Source of the DNA: Parasitella parasitica NRRL 2501
Taxonomy: Eukaryota > Fungi > Mucoromycota
Direction of reading: 5' to 3'
NCBI GenBank assembly: GCA_025201805.1
Contig: MU619260.1
Location: 226,405 to 290,404 of the forward strand
DNA: 64,000 nucleotides
Shown: positions 59,822-64,000 of the stretch, piece after piece
How the letters are laid out: every line of letters begins with the position of its first letter
Numbering within the stretch: the stretch's first letter is position 1
The notes under the pieces: model-generated
Database searches by the model: none
Seen by the model: only the letters and a program-made list of their open reading frames with translations
What the model was told of the DNA's origin: nothing
Translations under genes and position numbers: made by a program

Positions 59822-61700
59822 GTGTCTCTTGTCTACACATCCGCCGAATCAATTGAGGATTATACCTCATGTCTTCGAGGCACCTACGTAACAGGTAAAC
59901 CAAGAGATGCTTTCGTAAGAAAGTTTTACCTTGAGCGTCTTCATGCACTTGTCAAAGACAATGAGGAACTATTCTATGATGCTCTAGCAAAAGACTTGGA
60001 AAAATCCAGAGTAGAAGCACTCTCAAGTGAGATCAGTCCTGTACTGGAAGAATGTCTATTTTATCAAGGTACGCATATATAAACATTCATTACGTACCTG
60101 AAATTAATGCTGAAATAATGATAGAATTATGAGAGTTTGGTCAAAGATAAACAGGTAAAAATACGTCTTATAGAGAATAGAGTCAGCAGAGCCTACGTTC
60201 GTCGTGAAGCTTTAGGCATTGTTTTAATCATTTGTATGTATATCAATCATCATAGTATACATTCTCATGCAATACGCTAATATACTTAACATTATTCAAC
60301 ACACGGATAGCTACTTGGAATTCGACAAATCAATTGCAGCTCTCGCTGGTTCCTCTAGGTAAATGGCAATGTCCATAAATATAGGCATAAGACAATACCC
60401 TAATGGTTAAAATGTTGACTGTAACTGGCGCGTTTGCTGCTGGCAACTGCGTTATTGTCAAGGTACATATATCAGATGTAAAAACTTTGCTTTTCTTTCT
60501 AAACCTTTCAAAGCTTTCTGAAATTTCAGTGCATACATTAGCTTTAATCACTGAACTTTTGCCCAAATATCTTGATGCCTCCATGTACCGTGTTGTAAAT
60601 GGCGGTGTGTGGATGAAACGCAACATTTGCTACGACATTAGTTTGACCATATTTTTAACACTGGTAACTCTCAAGTAGCCAAACCCATCATGGCTGCCGC
60701 ATCTCAACATATGACGAGTGTTACCTTGAAATTGGGTGGCAAATCGCAAGTTTTTTTTTCTTTGCATGCAACATGGCGAGCATTTGTAAATTGACGATAA
60801 ATGTAGGCCTGCTATCGTCACGGAAGATGCCGTTATGCAACTGTGGCTAATCGCATTGCTTTTGGAAAGTTTTTCAATGCTGGCCAGGTATACATGCAAG
60901 ATTTGCGAACAGATAGCAATACTAAGTGTATTTTTTCATACATAGAGCTGCGTTGCTATAGATTATGTGTTCTTTTCGAAATCTCGCCAACAATAGTTTT
61001 TGGCTGCTACCCATAAAACGCTAATTTCCTGGTACGGTGCAAACCCTCGAGAATCAAAGGACTATGGCCGTATTGTAAATCAAAGACATTTTGGTCGACT
61101 TATTGCTCTAGTAGATGGCTGATCCAGTGGCAATATTGCCATTGGTGGTCAAACTGACTGTGAGTGTCGCTACATTGCACCTACAGTTATCACGGATGTT
61201 AGGTTTGACGACACTCACTTGGTGGAAAACGAGATCTTTGGACCTTTACTTCCGGCCATTGCTTACTCAGATATAGAAGAGACTATGGGACTGATCTCTA
61301 AAAAGTATTTTTGCTATGATCGATTAGACAAGAATATTGTTCTGACATTGTCTTCGATTGTAGGGAGCCCCCACTTGCATTGTACCTTTTTCCCAATAGC
61401 AACAGCATTATGAAGAAAGGTATATAGTAGATGGATACGAACCTAATACTTTAATGTTAATGTAAACCTCTAGTACTGAGCTTTACCGCTTCTGGTGGTG
61501 TTGCTGTAAATGACACCTTGATGCATCAGACTGGTATTCGACTAACAAAACCATCACTAAGATGCATCGCTCACTTGTAGAATATGCTTTACCGTTCGGT
61601 GTTGTTGGGGGCATCTGGGATGGGCGGCTATCATGGCGAGAGATCTTTCCAATACCTTTCACACAAGCATGGCATCCCATTCAAAAAACAGCGATTAGAA
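59822..61700 (+). pseudogene. Class 3 (fatty) aldehyde dehydrogenase pseudogene
   Basis: ALDH3 motifs [57 protein letters not shown] and LPFG. Lesions: GTG in place of ATG, catalytic ELGGK changed to KLGGK, in-frame TAG 60994-60996 and TGA 61120-61122, and frameshifts. Confidence 0.88.
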
Positions 61701-63794
61701 TGGCTGATTCAGCCTTAGACATTTGCTACATTTAATATGTGATACAAGCTTATGCTATATAAGATTTATGCTTCATATAACAATTTATACCGATTCCACA
61801 GATCGAGCAATGCATCAAAAGTATATAGGTCGAAGCTAAAATGAACGATGAAGGCACCTTCTTCACGTTGGTCAAGCAACTTTTGCGTGACGGATTCATC
61901 TGGTCTATGGATACTAGCCGCGTTAGTATAATATCTTGCCCGGATAGAGGATTCAGCATAGGATAAGAATGTGAACCCATAAACAAAAGCTAATGTCAAA
62001 AACATTAGAAATTCTCCAATTGTATTATTAGAATTCATTTTGAGAGACTAGAGAAAAGAAATAATAAAACATGATGCGATCACTCGTTTCTTATATAAAC
62101 ATTTTTCATTATTTTGAACCGAGTCGTATTGATATGCCATAATTTGGGATAGGAGATCATGATATTGTACTTCAATTGAAGATTGGAGATTATCCAACGA
62201 TGTGTTGTTATACTTGTTGAAACAGGAAAATAAAGTCTCTGTTTCAAATCAAGAAAGTAGTTATCTGTAACGCAGATCTGTGTGATTGAAAAACACAAAG
62301 GTACTGTCAGATCAAAAATAAATAGCCTTATAATAATAAATCATACCCTGTTAAGGATGATGTTTCTTGCAAATTACTCTCATCAATTAGTATTTCATTC
62401 AAGTCACCGAAAATTTATGTAGTTGTAAAAAGTATGAATAGCAGATGCAAAGTTGAATCTTCGTATCAACGTTTTATTTTTGATCCTGCAGATCTCCACA
62501 GGATCACAATCTGGATAAAGCTTCTAGTCCTGCCAAATTGACTGTCACGACTAATCTTCGTCGTAATGTTGCTCCTTTTGCTAGAGAATGCCTGGTCCTA
62601 GAATCAACCCTTTAATCAATTTTCGTATTGAAGATTGTGGAGTGTGAAAATACTAGTAAAAAATATATATAAAATACTTTTTTAAAACTGTTTTTTTTCT
62701 CTCTTTATATTAGTATTCCAAGGGTAAATGATTATGGATATGAACCTAAATTATATTGGATTATTCATCCAGGACATCTTGGCAGCAAGGGTTGATAAAG
62801 AGATAACCAATGGCGGATTTGAAGAGTGTTGGAGTTGCTTCTATTTGTTCTTGATATTGGATTACGTCTTCTTAAATCCATGCTTGCCTGGTCTTGATGA
62901 TTGTGATCTTTGTGAAATATTCGGGGTAGTTTGAAGTTCATATTCATAATATTTACGTAGATTCTTTTTATGTGATGATCAGTTTACACTGATCTATAAC
63001 ATGAAGATACAGTTGCTTCATTTCTTGATAGTAACAGTATGTTTTCATTTCATAAATACATGATTTTTTTTTACTAATGAATTTCTATATTTTTAGACCG
63101 CTTACCTTCCCTTGTTAGACCATTTTTGGGTTCTTCTCGCGGTGAGTTACGCCATGATGTTCCTGCCGCTTCTTTGGATTCTCCTTCCTCTCCTTCTTCT
63201 CATGTGGTTTCTCCTACCTCTGAAACTGGTAAGTTAGCTATATCTTTTCATCATTTGTATACGCTCTCACATCCCCTTTTTCTTTTTCATAGAACTTACC
63301 TTTACAGAATTCGTAAACCATGGTAACGTTCAAGATATTTCTCAATTAGATCACCTTTCCAAATTAAGGTTAAATTTGAATCACTTTGTGGAGGGCCTTG
63401 ATCAAGCTGGAAATTCTTTTACTGTAAATAATACTTCTTCTGTGTACAACAATAATATCATTCAAAAAGATATTGACTCTGTGGCATTCATTACTCAAGA
63501 CTTTCCGTTTCTCCCAAATGTAAATATTACCATATACCCATCTCCTGATTATGCATGGTCTTACAAAAATGACACTGGTGTCAAATACAATCTCCAAAAT
63601 GGCTCCAACAATTCAAAAGTTCCTGTATATAAAATTGTTTGTCGTACCTATAACAATCTCAGTTGCCTCCGCTTCGGCTTCCAATGTGGTAAATGCTCTC
63701 AGAGCCACGCTTTATTTTTCATATATATAGTAATAATAAATTTGAATCCCTTTCTTCCCTATATCTTTCAAAGCCGCGCATCGTGGAACAAACT

Positions 63795-64000
63795 ATGAGT
63801 GATATCAATGATGATCAAACAACAAAATACCTTACTACTACCGAGGCATTTGAATTATTTAAGCGCCTCCAACTGGAAGAGCGACAACAAAGAGAAGAAA
63901 GGGTACATGGCTCAGAATTGCCATTGGACATATCACAATATCTTGATAGCACGCCAGCATATGAACTCAAGGAGGAATTTAAACAATTTAAAAGACAGGT
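63795..64000 (+). mobile_element. 5' part of an ORF running off the window edge, possibly ORF1 of a DIRS-like/retro element
   Basis: Open from ATG 63795 to the edge (MSDINDDQTTKYLTTTEAFELFKRLQLEE...ELPLDISQYLDSTPAYELKEEFKQFKRQ). The resemblance to Mucorales DIRS ORF1 is from memory only; no RT or YR is in view. Confidence 0.35.

Noticed and set aside
52834-61700. Carnitine-pathway cluster (trimethyllysine dioxygenase plus ALDH)
   Set aside because: The ALDH is class 3 and pseudogenised rather than the ALDH9-type enzyme, and unrelated genes intervene.
61766-62947. Short minus-strand ORFs that might form a membrane-protein gene
   Set aside because: No consistent exon chain or recognisable domain could be supported.

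Overview
Eukaryotic, AT-rich, intron-containing DNA from a mucoralean fungus. The assignment rests on a Mucor/Rhizopus-type pyrG, short 50-80 nt GT-AG introns and protein families typical of Mucorales. Most of the window is a very compact housekeeping block: NSR1/nucleolin-like, PKC1, pyrG, ERD1-like, group III G-alpha, divergent RPS9/RPL21, LETM1-like, CENP-T, Tctex-1, M16 peptidase, SPF45, STT4, trimethyllysine dioxygenase, a GT62 mannosyltransferase and a copper-fist transcription factor. Accessory material is interspersed. At the left end are a decayed PD-(D/E)XK nuclease-fold gene and an apparently intact three-exon CryptonF-type tyrosine recombinase/GCR1_C gene with candidate terminal repeats. 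A single gene encodes two tandem Hsp70/HSPA12-like ATPase domains, one degenerate and one canonical, with introns at matching positions. A 16-finger long-linker C2H2 protein with an N-terminal PIP box sits directly downstream of an intronless, bacterial-like zinc deaminase. There is also a small secreted Cys protein missed by the ORF track, a MITE-like relic, an ALDH3 pseudogene and a possible retroelement start at the right edge. No rRNA, tRNA or CRISPR array was found. Four 10-N scaffold gaps abut homopolymer runs. All family assignments come from manual motif recognition; no searches were run.
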